A stretch of DNA of 64,000 nt, taken from Candidatus Saccharimonadota bacterium (GTDB lineage: Bacteria; Patescibacteriota; Saccharimonadia; CAILAD01; BJGX01). The translations under genes and the position numbers were made by a program. The stretch is from NCBI GenBank assembly GCA_035329105.1, contig DAOLHK010000002.1, positions 5,557-69,556 on the forward strand, written 5' to 3'. The notes beneath the pieces were generated by a model that worked only from the letters and a program-made list of their open reading frames with translations, did no database searches and was not told the origin of the DNA. Shown piece after piece: positions 46,282 to 56,011 of this stretch (positions are counted from its first letter, which is position 1; the number at the start of each line of letters is the position of its first letter).

Positions 46282-48268
46282 TTTTTTTACTACCTGTCTT
46301 ATCCAGTGTGGGAATTGGTTTGGTATTCTTAGTCCTGGCTAATTTGTCTTTAGTAAGCTTGGATTTTATCACCAACATGATAAATATTCCAGCAAATATG
46401 GCGATAATCAACCACATCGGCCATAGTTGTGCACTGGACTTGGCACTTGCTATTATCATGTTGGCGTCACTATTTTGTGTAAAATCCACATTTACCATAC
46501 CCCAAGCCGTCGGTCCAAATACTATGGCTAGTCGACTACTCTTTTGCTTTGGCGCTAGAGATCCAATATTGAATTCATCTATCTTGGTACCCTGTCTTAC
46601 TCTTAGCATATAATTATCACCTGCCGTATTGGTTGGTGCAACAACGTCCAATTTATTGATAGCTACAAATGGAAGGAGCAACCATTTCTCTGCCTTCACG
46701 CTGCCGCTAGGCTGCAATACTGGAGGAATTGATTTGTACTCGATGGTAGTATTTTCGTATTGATAATTGATATCTTTGCCGTTTTGAGTGACCGCTACTG
46801 GACTATTGTCACTGACGCCCCATATGGCAAAAGCAAAATGATCTAGGTCTGAAGATCCAAAATTATTAAATTTCTCACCCCATGTAGGATCCATATTGAT
46901 CCATCCTACATTGGGTATGTATGCTTGCACCCATGAATGCAAAGAGTCTGTGACAGAGTTTGATTGCTTTAGACTACCCGAATACCCATATCCTACTGGC
47001 ATTCTGGCTGGAATACCTGCAGACCTTAGTAAGCTAATGGTAAGATCCGAGTATTCCAAACAAATTGCATTGTCTGGGTTTTGTATAGCCTTACTGCCAC
47101 CTTGTCTGATATTGTATTTTATTTTTTCATTGTTATAGCTGAGCTTGGATACTACATAGTCATTGATTGCTCTGACTTGTTCGGCAACGCTTGTTTTGCC
47201 GTTAGTTAGTTCTTTGGCTTTGGTGCTTATTTCAGGATCATTTGTAGGCCAATACTGTTGACTTCCAGTATATTTAGCCACCAATTCACGTGGTATCTGG
47301 TCTTTTGTCCCGCTTGCAGCTAGATTGTATTCTACATAACTCGCTACCGCTACTACATTGGTCTTAACAGTAATATTCGTCTTGGGAGCAACGCTATAAT
47401 CCGCCAAGATATTGCCATCAACATCCAATCTAGTTGAGGCTGGTTCTGGATCAAGTTTTGCAACTGTTACTTGTTGGCCAGAAGTATTTGGCGGCAATGT
47501 CACTGTAAAGGTAGCAGGAAGTGAAGAGGTGTTATTTAGCGGAAAATTAAAATTGACTTCATAAATAGTACTGTCGCCAAAAACAAGTGACGCAGTTTTT
47601 TCTAGACTCTTTTTATCTTTGAAGCGATATCCTGTCTCACCATTTTTAGTACCGAGCTTTTCCGGGGCCACTCCTGTTGTACGAAGAGTGCCAAAGTTTT
47701 CTGGTACAAACAAATCTACTGAGTATTGGTTGTCACCCTCTTGTGGTAAAGCAGGAACACTAACTGTATGTGCGCTACCTTTGGTCTCGACAAGATTTGC
47801 GGTGTCATAGGTGACTATAAATTGCCATCTAGAATTGCGACCTACTGTATTACGAGTAAACTGGATGTCTATCTCTATATAACTATATTCATAGCCTTGT
47901 TGGGACGATTTCTTGATAGATGTAGTAAAAGGGATGCTGGTACCATCTGCATATTCCACCGATATATTCTTGGCATCCTCAGCCGGCGTTGATATCTGAA
48001 TTTTATCTAGATATTTATCACTGGTGAAGTTTGATACAGTATAGCTGTCTTCAACTCTAGTGTTATTATCAGATGTGACTCGATAAACAGATGATACATT
48101 GTAGCTAAACTCACTAGACGCAAGAACGGATCTAGGCACTATTGTAATGACCGTAATCAGCACAATTAGCACTACAGACAGAAATCTTATATATCTATTC
48201 AATTTTAGTTTTGAAAACATACTATTTATTTTAGCATAGGCTCTATCTGATGGTATAATCTCTGCCAT
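46271..48268 (-). CDS. transglutaminase-like domain membrane protein
   Basis: Cys-His-Asp core: CLEYSDLTISLLRSAGIPARM...HSWVQAYIPNVGWINMDPTWG. TM segments at both ends. Start uncertain: 48268 overlaps ksgA, and 48220 is an alternative. Confidence 0.7.
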   Translation of the reverse strand: MAEIIPSDRAYAKINSMFSKLKLNRYIRFLSVVLIVLITVITIVPRSVLASSEFSYNVSSVYRVTSDNNTRVEDSYTVSNFTSDKYLDKIQISTPAEDAKNISVEYADGTSIPFTTSIKKSSQQGYEYSYIEIDIQFTRNTVGRNSRWQFIVTYDTANLVETKGSAHTVSVPALPQEGDNQYSVDLFVPENFGTLRTTGVAPEKLGTKNGETGYRFKDKKSLEKTASLVFGDSTIYEVNFNFPLNNTSSLPATFTVTLPPNTSGQQVTVAKLDPEPASTRLDVDGNILADYSVAPKTNITVKTNVVAVASYVEYNLAASGTKDQIPRELVAKYTGSQQYWPTNDPEISTKAKELTNGKTSVAEQVRAINDYVVSKLSYNNEKIKYNIRQGGSKAIQNPDNAICLEYSDLTISLLRSAGIPARMPVGYGYSGSLKQSNSVTDSLHSWVQAYIPNVGWINMDPTWGEKFNNFGSSDLDHFAFAIWGVSDNSPVAVTQNGKDINYQYENTTIEYKSIPPVLQPSGSVKAEKWLLLPFVAINKLDVVAPTNTAGDNYMLRVRQGTKIDEFNIGSLAPKQKSSRLAIVFGPTAWGMVNVDFTQNSDANMIIASAKSSAQLWPMWLIIAIFAGIFIMLVIKSKLTKDKLARTKNTKPIPTLDKTGSKKNEH

Positions 48269-49008
48269 TGCTCAAAATCTAGCTCTTGAGCACGCGAATT
48301 TTGAGATATTTGACACTTATTTAGTACATCGACTATAACTGATTGGTCGATAAGCAGAGCAGAAGATAGGCTATTCTTGAGCATCTTTCGCTTATTGCCA
48401 AATCCTGCCTTCACTATCCGAAACAATATCTTATTATCAGCATCAAATCTTGGCTTATCTCGTATGATGAATTTAATAATGCTCGAATCCACATTGGGTA
48501 CAGGCTCAAATAATTCTCTTGATACATCTGCTATAATTTCTGGGTCAGCATAGTATTGTACTGAAAAAGCCAATATCGACATGCGCCCAGGAACAGCAAC
48601 TATCCTTTGAGCTACTTCTTTTTGTACTAGTAGCACCATAGACTGAGGCTTGTTAGTAGATTCCAACAACATTCTTACGAGTGCACTGGTCAGATAGTAT
48701 GGGATATTCGCTACTACCTTGTAGCTCTTGTCTATATTATTTAGGTTGAATCTCAGGATATCTTCATTGATTATCCGGATGTTTTTTGCATCTATATACT
48801 TTTGCCGTAGTGGGAATATCAGATCTTTATCAGACTCTACAGCGATTACTCGAGCTCCCGTAGATAGTAGCTTATCAGTCAGATAGCCAAGCCCTGGACC
48901 TATCTCAAGCACCGCATCCGACTCGGCAATATTTGCAGATTCAATGATAGTATCCAGTGTATGCTCATCTTTGAGCCAGTTTTGACCAAATGATTTCTTT
49001 GCTTTCAT
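48226..49008 (-). CDS. rsmA: 16S rRNA (adenine1518/1519-N6)-dimethyltransferase
   Basis: KKSFGQNWL and EIGPGLGYLT motifs. Start taken at the internal M. Confidence 0.85.
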   Translation of the reverse strand: MKAKKSFGQNWLKDEHTLDTIIESANIAESDAVLEIGPGLGYLTDKLLSTGARVIAVESDKDLIFPLRQKYIDAKNIRIINEDILRFNLNNIDKSYKVVANIPYYLTSALVRMLLESTNKPQSMVLLVQKEVAQRIVAVPGRMSILAFSVQYYADPEIIADVSRELFEPVPNVDSSIIKFIIRDKPRFDADNKILFRIVKAGFGNKRKMLKNSLSSALLIDQSVIVDVLNKCQISQNSRAQELDFEQWQRLYHQIEPMLK

Positions 49009-49072
49009 ACAGTAAGTATCTGGTATCTTGCGCCTTGAAGCAAGCTTCAATATTAATTACACAGATTGAAAA

Positions 49073-50251
49073 CTAACGTAGGTATCGACCGCAGTTGGGC
49101 CAGGGGCTAGCGCCACGACGTCTATATGTATCGAGTGCTTTGGCGTCTTGTACGCTAGGTGGTGCATCAGCAGGATCTCTGTAGCCACCGTAATTATTCC
49201 AGGTAGCAAAGTCAAACTGATATGCTCCTCTATATAGCGGGTTGCGTTTGCTAGCATAATCACCACCTGATTCACAGAAGCGTAGCTTGACCCAGCCCTC
49301 TGAACTAGTGATGTTGGTAGGACCTACTACTACCACCTTGGATACTGGAGCTACTATCTCTTTTTCTTCTAGAACTGCTCTAGATTGCTCTACACCATCT
49401 TGAGTTGTCACGAGATATTTCTTGATTCTTTTACCAGGAGTGCCTGGATTTTGAACTTCACTGAATCCAACTGGCTTGGTGTAGTCTACATTTTGCACTA
49501 CTGACGGTTCGATAGCTATTTCTTCTGTGATGATCTCTTGAGAGAGTCTGCTGACTACTATTCGCATGTTCTTTTGAAGCGGAGTATCGAGTGAAGTACT
49601 AGTAATATCTTGAGGCTTGATATCCAACTTCTTCTCTTCGAAAAGTTGTCCGACTGTTTTTTGATGTGTTCTAAACTCAAACACTTGACCCGCCAAGACT
49701 ACAGTAACTGGAGTAGCTCTCTGGATGATTAGTCTTTGACCTACTGACTTATCCTCTATAAATTCATCAACTCTATCTGAGCTTACTATATCTTCTGGAT
49801 ATAGCTCTATACCAGCTTGTTCAATAACTTTCTTGGGGCTTCTGTAGCCAGATGTAGTAGAAATCCTTTCATCTCCGTCTACTACCAGATAACTAAATGA
49901 TCTATATACATTGATATTGGTCACGCCTCTTGCGATCTGGGTATCTAGCGATGGCTCCACTACATCACCTTTTTGGAGCACTACCCCCATCTTATCTAAG
50001 GCTTCTTGTACGGTTGTAGCACTAGTAGCTACTGTTTTGTTCTGCCCGTCATAGTATACACTGACTAGATTTTGACCATCAGCTATAGCAGTAGTTTTGG
50101 TGGTAAACTGATCATTTGACCAAGATATACTGCTCAAAATAAACAAAAAAACCACTACTAGTACTATCATGCCCCTCTTGATAGTGTATGGTTTTGGTTT
50201 ACTTAGTATTCTATTTTTATTATTTACTCGGTTATTTGCCGAGCTATGCAA
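49073..50251 (-). CDS. RpfB-architecture protein: DUF348 repeats, a G5 domain, and a resuscitation-promoting-factor-type transglycosylase-like domain
   Basis: C-terminal domain RFCESGGDYASKRNPLYRGAYQFDFATWNNYGG...PWPNC. G5-like central region. N-terminal signal anchor. Confidence 0.65.
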   Translation of the reverse strand: MHSSANNRVNNKNRILSKPKPYTIKRGMIVLVVVFLFILSSISWSNDQFTTKTTAIADGQNLVSVYYDGQNKTVATSATTVQEALDKMGVVLQKGDVVEPSLDTQIARGVTNINVYRSFSYLVVDGDERISTTSGYRSPKKVIEQAGIELYPEDIVSSDRVDEFIEDKSVGQRLIIQRATPVTVVLAGQVFEFRTHQKTVGQLFEEKKLDIKPQDITSTSLDTPLQKNMRIVVSRLSQEIITEEIAIEPSVVQNVDYTKPVGFSEVQNPGTPGKRIKKYLVTTQDGVEQSRAVLEEKEIVAPVSKVVVVGPTNITSSEGWVKLRFCESGGDYASKRNPLYRGAYQFDFATWNNYGGYRDPADAPPSVQDAKALDTYRRRGASPWPNCGRYLR

Positions 50252-50392
50252 CTTTGGTAAAATATCTGCCCCACTTATTTAATTACTAAAGCAAGTGATT
50301 TTGTTTTTGTTTTACCTTAACTCAATTCTAATAGTTATGCTTGGGGCTGTCAATCTTGACTCGAACAAATATTGTGCTCATATATAGGTGAT

Positions 50393-52543
50393 TTATATTT
50401 TTCTGATTTGAGCGAAGTTGAGGTTGAGTGTTTTTGAACCTACTTTTTCAAAATCTATCACAGCCTCTAGTTCATCGAGCTGGCTCACTATGCCATTCCC
50501 AAAACTTGGATGAGACACTTTGTCACCAATATTGAGTCGAGGTATATCTTCGAAAGGCTCAAATTCTGGATCTTTTATGGACTGGCTGAATGCCGTGTCA
50601 TTGTAACCAGAATTGAGACCAGAGTGACTCACTAGCTCAGCCGGAATCTCAGCCAGAAATCGTGAAGCCACATTGTGCTGGGTATTGCCGTAGAGCAACC
50701 TAGCATTGGCGCTTAGCATATATAGACGCTGTTTGGCGCGAGTCATACCTACATAGCACAATCGACGCTCTTCTTCGAGTTCGCCCGGTTCAAAAAAAGT
50801 ACGGCTATGTGGAAAAATTCCTTCCTCCAAGCCTGTAATAAATACTGTATCAAATTCCAGTCCCTTGGCAGCATGCATCGTCATAAGAGTCACTGCTCCA
50901 CTACTATCTCGTAAATTGTCCAGATCGGATATTAGTGAAATTTCGGTCAAGAATTCTTCCAAGCTCAGATTGTTGTATTCTTTGGCTACACTCAATAGCT
51001 CCCGGACATTTTCCACCCGCTCACTGGAGCTAATACTACCGTCGTCTAGATAGTCTATATAACCGGATCTATTGATGACCAGCTCTATGAGGTCACTTAC
51101 TACTAGTGTTTTGGAAGCTTCTTGTAGTTCATTGATCAATCTCGCAAAGCTAGCAAAACTATTGGCAGCCTTAGAGCTCAAGCCATCTATGACGCTTGCT
51201 TGAGCTAGACACTCTAGGATAGGTATCTCATATTTGGCGCTATAGTCAGTAAATATTTGCAAACTTTTCTGACCCAACCCTCGTGGAGGTAGATTGACTA
51301 TACGATTGAATGACACCAAGTCGTTGGGCTGAAAAATAAATCTCAGATACGCCAAAGTATCCTTAATCTCTTTGCGTTCATAGAACCTCACCCCACCGAT
51401 GATTTGATAGGCTACCCCATAGCGCAGGAATGATTCTTCCAGTGTACGTGATTGCGCATTGGTACGATACAATACTGCAAAATCGTGCAAAGACAATCTC
51501 GAGTCTTTCTTGATAAGTTCTTGAATAGTTTGAATAATATACCGACCTTCCTCGAGCTCGTCTCTGACATGTACTATTTGCACAGGATCACCCTGCTGGG
51601 CATTGGTCCACAGCTTCTTATCGCTTCTAGCAGTATTTCTACTAATCACTGCTCCTGCTGCATCTAGTATGATTTGAGTACTGCGATAATTCCGTTCGAG
51701 CTTGACTATCTTGGCTTCCGGATAATCTTTCTCGAAGTTGAGGATATTCTCATAATTGGCACCGCGCCAAGAGTAAATACTTTGCCAGTCATCGCCTACT
51801 ACGCAGATATTTTGATGCTTTTTTGCCAGGAGCTGTATAAGTCTATATTGAGCGTGATTGGTATCTTGATACTCATCGACCATGATGTATTTGAATTGAT
51901 TTTGGTATTTCTGTCGAATATCATCTTTCTCGGCCAGTAAAAGTGTAAGCCTCATGATGAGATCATCGAAGTCTAGTGCACCAGCCTTTTGCAGCTCGAG
52001 CTGATAAGTAGGGTATATCTCAGCTGCAATCTCTTGCATGCGTCCAGTTGCAAATTGCTTGTATTCACCTGGACCGATAAGTTCATTTTTGGCACCTGAT
52101 ATGACATTGGCGATACCGCTTGGAGTGACTTGCTTCTCATCTAGATGCATTTTCTTGATAATAGTCTTGATAAGCGCATGGCTATCCCCCGAATCATATA
52201 TCAAGAAATTACTGCTAAAGCCTATTTCGGCAGCTTCACGACGTAGTATCCTATTGGCGATGGAGTGAAAAGTCCCCAAAAAAGGCATGTACTGAGTGTT
52301 GTCTTCATCGAATTTGAGTAGTCGTGCAACTCTGCGGCGCATCTCTCCTGCAGCTTTGTTGGTAAATGTAACTGCCAATATGTTGGCAGGGTCAATCTTT
52401 TTCTCTTGCACAAGATACGCCAAGCGATGCGTGAGAGTCTTGGTCTTACCACTACCTGCCCCAGCTAACATCAGTACTGGCCCGTCGGTGGCTAGCACTG
52501 CTTCACGTTGCTCGGTATTTAGATCTTCTAATACTTTTAGCAT
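50393..52543 (-). CDS. pcrA: ATP-dependent DNA helicase PcrA/UvrD
   Basis: Motif I EQREAVLATDGPVLMLAGAGSGKTKTL. Full-length SF1 helicase at 716 aa. Confidence 0.9.
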   Translation of the reverse strand: MLKVLEDLNTEQREAVLATDGPVLMLAGAGSGKTKTLTHRLAYLVQEKKIDPANILAVTFTNKAAGEMRRRVARLLKFDEDNTQYMPFLGTFHSIANRILRREAAEIGFSSNFLIYDSGDSHALIKTIIKKMHLDEKQVTPSGIANVISGAKNELIGPGEYKQFATGRMQEIAAEIYPTYQLELQKAGALDFDDLIMRLTLLLAEKDDIRQKYQNQFKYIMVDEYQDTNHAQYRLIQLLAKKHQNICVVGDDWQSIYSWRGANYENILNFEKDYPEAKIVKLERNYRSTQIILDAAGAVISRNTARSDKKLWTNAQQGDPVQIVHVRDELEEGRYIIQTIQELIKKDSRLSLHDFAVLYRTNAQSRTLEESFLRYGVAYQIIGGVRFYERKEIKDTLAYLRFIFQPNDLVSFNRIVNLPPRGLGQKSLQIFTDYSAKYEIPILECLAQASVIDGLSSKAANSFASFARLINELQEASKTLVVSDLIELVINRSGYIDYLDDGSISSSERVENVRELLSVAKEYNNLSLEEFLTEISLISDLDNLRDSSGAVTLMTMHAAKGLEFDTVFITGLEEGIFPHSRTFFEPGELEEERRLCYVGMTRAKQRLYMLSANARLLYGNTQHNVASRFLAEIPAELVSHSGLNSGYNDTAFSQSIKDPEFEPFEDIPRLNIGDKVSHPSFGNGIVSQLDELEAVIDFEKVGSKTLNLNFAQIRKI

Positions 52544-52650
52544 TGTTCTATTGTACTATACCCTCTAACCATGCGGCTCAAGGCATCCATATTGCTTAAG
52601 TTTTGAATATTGTATAAAATATCAAGTAACAACTAAGCAAGGAGAAATAA

Positions 52651-53349
52651 ATGCCAGAGCCAACTGGACCAACAGAACCAATAAGTGATGACCCTTCGGT
52701 AGTGCATGAGATGCTGAATAAAGACTATAGAATGCCCGGTGATGGAAATCCAGTATCCGACGATCAAGCAGCAGAATTCGTGCAAGACCCTACTAAGGCT
52801 CATGCAATGGCTATTGCCGAAGACCCCTACAGAACTATGGAGTCCGACCTAAGAATAAAAGGAGAAAACAGATTAGCTGACATTCAGGCTGGATGGGTAA
52901 AAAGAGAAGGTGTAGCTGCGGGTGAACAATATGAAAAAGAAAAGAATGAGATATATAGCAGATATGAGGCAATGTTTAGTGAGGTATCAGATGCTATATC
53001 AATAATGCGAAGATATAAAAAAGATGCTGTCAATCTTCATGATGGTCGTATTCAAGAAAGTATTCAAGAAACAGAAATACCTGATACACTACAAATAGCA
53101 TTTGAAGAGTTTTTGGATGCGTTATTCACACCTGAAGATAAGCAAATATTTAAAGCCAATCTAAGAAAACTTCACAAAAATGGTGGCATGGGTTTTCCAA
53201 AATTTATAAGAGGAAGTTTTGAGGTACCTACTAAGCTTGGTTATAACATCAAGGTAGCTAGATTTGTACCTGATAATGACGATCCTAATATTTACAGCCT
53301 AACAAAGCCAACCTATGCTATTGCATTGGTCAATCGAGAAAAGAAATAA
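52651..53349 (+). CDS. hypothetical soluble protein
   Basis: 232 aa with no recognisable motif. Confidence 0.4.
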   Translation: MPEPTGPTEPISDDPSVVHEMLNKDYRMPGDGNPVSDDQAAEFVQDPTKAHAMAIAEDPYRTMESDLRIKGENRLADIQAGWVKREGVAAGEQYEKEKNEIYSRYEAMFSEVSDAISIMRRYKKDAVNLHDGRIQESIQETEIPDTLQIAFEEFLDALFTPEDKQIFKANLRKLHKNGGMGFPKFIRGSFEVPTKLGYNIKVARFVPDNDDPNIYSLTKPTYAIALVNREKK

Positions 53350-53390
53350 TACTTTTCTAAAATTCCTAGTTTTCGAGCTCAATTTTGAGT

Positions 53391-53912
53391 CTAATTTGAA
53401 GTAAGTTTTGTATCTTGCAGTATCATATCTACAGTTTGATCCAAAGAATATTCTTCAGGAATGATCTTTTCAAAGCTATGTCCATAAGATGGAGTCTCAA
53501 AATACCATTCCTTCATCTCATCAGAGCCAAACTCATGCTTTTTGTCACGAGTTTTGTGCCTGTGAAGTGATTCCTCGAATGATATATTGTAATAATACAT
53601 AAAGTTGTTGGATGGATGTTGTTTGAATAATTCTTCAAACATAGTCTGATATACACTATTACTAAAATTACCTTCTACGATACAGTCATATCCCTGACCT
53701 AGTAATTCTAGAGTATTAGAAGCAATCATTTTCATCTGCAAACTTTTTCGTGTGCTCGACTCTATATCTATATTTGGGCTTATTAGTTCATTCTTATAAT
53801 AATCTTGCTCCACGATAAATAATGGCTTTTGCACTATTTTTTGCAGCCTTTTGGCAACTGTACTTTTGCCGGAACCAGATTGACCTCTTAAGACTATAAG
53901 TTTAGTTTTCAT
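53391..53912 (-). CDS. P-loop NTPase, putative nucleotide/nucleoside kinase (AAA_33/zeta-like)
   Basis: Walker A LRGQSGSGKSTVA. 173 aa. Confidence 0.5.
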   Translation of the reverse strand: MKTKLIVLRGQSGSGKSTVAKRLQKIVQKPLFIVEQDYYKNELISPNIDIESSTRKSLQMKMIASNTLELLGQGYDCIVEGNFSNSVYQTMFEELFKQHPSNNFMYYYNISFEESLHRHKTRDKKHEFGSDEMKEWYFETPSYGHSFEKIIPEEYSLDQTVDMILQDTKLTSN

Positions 53913-54029
53913 TTTGTGCTATTTATTGATTATTTAATAGGGTGTTCTACATAATATTCAGGAGTGAGCTTGGAATTATACTTACTATATATTATTGTAC
54001 TATGATTTTTTAGAGCAAGGGACTAGATA

Positions 54030-54635
54030 TTATGGCTTCCTAAATGTAATTGTAAAAGTGTGCCAATGTTTTGGACTACCATTGGCAAGTGTACCGTTTG
54101 GGTTATCTTCTTCATCAAATTCTATAATATCCATGCCTTCAACAAGTTGCATTGCTTCTTGCTTGGTGTGAAAAGTCATTTTACTAGTAGGGACATTCCA
54201 TTCATCGTGATCCCCGAATAGTTGACCTACAAATATACCCCCTGGCTTGAGTGACTCTCTAATGCTTAGAAATACTTTATTAAAAGTATGAGGAGGGTTA
54301 AACGGCAATGCGAATTGAGCATTTACAATATCAAAATAATTCTTTGGGTACTCATACATATCGAATGCTGAACATACGAATTCAATATTTCCTGCAGTTT
54401 TGAGTTTTTGTATAAACTCTTCTGATGATTTTTCACCATCTAGAGCAATTACCCTGAACCCTTTTGACAATAAATACCTACTATCTCTACCTGCTCCACA
54501 GTCCAGATCTAATGCATTGCCACTGCGGCCAAGAATTTCAACCGCTGCTTTGAGACAATTGGCGGGCTTGAGGTCAGTAGTATTTTCATAATATATTTCC
54601 CAGGGGTCTTTGCTGCCCGGCTTCGGTTCTGGCAT
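54030..54635 (-). CDS. class I SAM-dependent methyltransferase (TehB/TPMT-like)
   Basis: Motif I ALDLDCGAGRDSRYL. Confidence 0.65.
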   Translation of the reverse strand: MPEPKPGSKDPWEIYYENTTDLKPANCLKAAVEILGRSGNALDLDCGAGRDSRYLLSKGFRVIALDGEKSSEEFIQKLKTAGNIEFVCSAFDMYEYPKNYFDIVNAQFALPFNPPHTFNKVFLSIRESLKPGGIFVGQLFGDHDEWNVPTSKMTFHTKQEAMQLVEGMDIIEFDEEDNPNGTLANGSPKHWHTFTITFRKP

Positions 54636-54642
54636 AGTAGAA

Positions 54643-55170
54643 TTATTTCTTAAATTCTTTATCGTAGCGCTCTACGCATTCTTCGAAAATAACTTTGGCT
54701 TCGTCAAATCCAGCGAATCCTTTGATCTCTACAATGTCGCCTTTCAAGTCTTTGTAGTGTTCGAAATAGTGTTTGACAGCGTGCTTCCAGTGCTCAGCAA
54801 CATCATCTAGTGATTTGATATCATCATAGTGTTTGTCATCGGCTGGTACACCGATCAGCTTATTATCTACCTCCCCACTATCTACCATGTACATCACGCC
54901 TATCACTCGCGTAGGAACAATCAAGCCCATTGGCATAGGGTCGTCTGAGATGAGCAACATATCTAGCGCATCACCGTCTTCATCAAGCGTAGATGGCACA
55001 AATCCATAATCGCTCGGACTACCGAGGTGGGTTTGGTGCACTCTGTCTAGTACAAAATTACTAAGCTCCCGATCATACTCTATCTTGAGTCTACTCCCCT
55101 TGGGATTCTCAATGACTGTATTGACTACTTCGGGGGCCTTATAGCCGTATGGGATATCTAACAATGACAT
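54643..55170 (-). CDS. ppa: inorganic pyrophosphatase
   Basis: DGDALDMLLISD, equivalent to the DGDPLDVLV signature. Confidence 0.9.
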   Translation of the reverse strand: MSLLDIPYGYKAPEVVNTVIENPKGSRLKIEYDRELSNFVLDRVHQTHLGSPSDYGFVPSTLDEDGDALDMLLISDDPMPMGLIVPTRVIGVMYMVDSGEVDNKLIGVPADDKHYDDIKSLDDVAEHWKHAVKHYFEHYKDLKGDIVEIKGFAGFDEAKVIFEECVERYDKEFKK

Positions 55171-55227
55171 ATATTCTCCTTAATAATAGGTTGTATTATA
55201 CCTTAAAGTTTCAAAATATTTAATAGT

Positions 55228-56004
55228 CTAGGCGCTGGCTCGTACTATTTTGGCAAATTGCTTGTAATTGAGGCTTGCACCGCCTACCAATAGGCCATCT
55301 ACACCTTTGATATTGAGATATGATCTAGCATTCTCAGCATCGACACTTCCGCCATACAATGCTCGCACTTTTGATCCTGCCAGCTTGCCAAATTGCTCTA
55401 TGATATTGTTGTGGATCAACCATACCATCTCTTCTACTAAGGCAGGTTTGGCAAAGTTGCCAGTACCTATAGACCATATAGGCTCATAAGCGATTGTTAC
55501 ATTTTTGATCTCTTGACTGGTGATATGAGAAAGTCCGGTATTGAGCTGATCAAGAACTTTCTGCTTGGCGTGACCGTCACTGCGCTCTTGTTTATTTTCG
55601 CCAACACACAAGATGGGCTTGAGATGGTGTCGCACAGCTATTTGCAATTTCTTGGCATCAACAGTATCTGTCTCACTAGCATACTTGCGTCTCTCAGAAT
55701 GTCCTACTATGACATATTTGGCAATATTGCGTAGCATTGTAGCTGATATTTCACCTGTATATGCACCCTCTTCATGCTCTGAGATATTTTGTGCTCCTAG
55801 CTCGATATTGAGTGGACCTTTTGATTTTTCGAGTTCCTTAGCAAAAGCATATAGATGAGTAGCTGGTGGGCAGATAACAAGTTCTGGATATGTGAAGTTG
55901 GTGAGCTCTTTGATGATTCTCTCGAGCAACAAAGATCCTTCTGGCAAAGTAGTGTTCATCTTCCAGTTGCCTACGATAAGTTTTTGGGGGGTATTCATAA
56001 GCAT
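55228..56004 (-). CDS. tpiA: triosephosphate isomerase
   Basis: Motifs IVGNWKMN, YEPIWSIGTG and GGSV. Confidence 0.9.
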   Translation of the reverse strand: MLMNTPQKLIVGNWKMNTTLPEGSLLLERIIKELTNFTYPELVICPPATHLYAFAKELEKSKGPLNIELGAQNISEHEEGAYTGEISATMLRNIAKYVIVGHSERRKYASETDTVDAKKLQIAVRHHLKPILCVGENKQERSDGHAKQKVLDQLNTGLSHITSQEIKNVTIAYEPIWSIGTGNFAKPALVEEMVWLIHNNIIEQFGKLAGSKVRALYGGSVDAENARSYLNIKGVDGLLVGGASLNYKQFAKIVRASA

Positions 56005-56011
56005 TATTATA

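Noticed and set aside
49057-49275. A 72-aa ORF overlapping the 3' end of the Rpf-like gene
   Set aside because: It is an out-of-frame overlap with a supported CDS.
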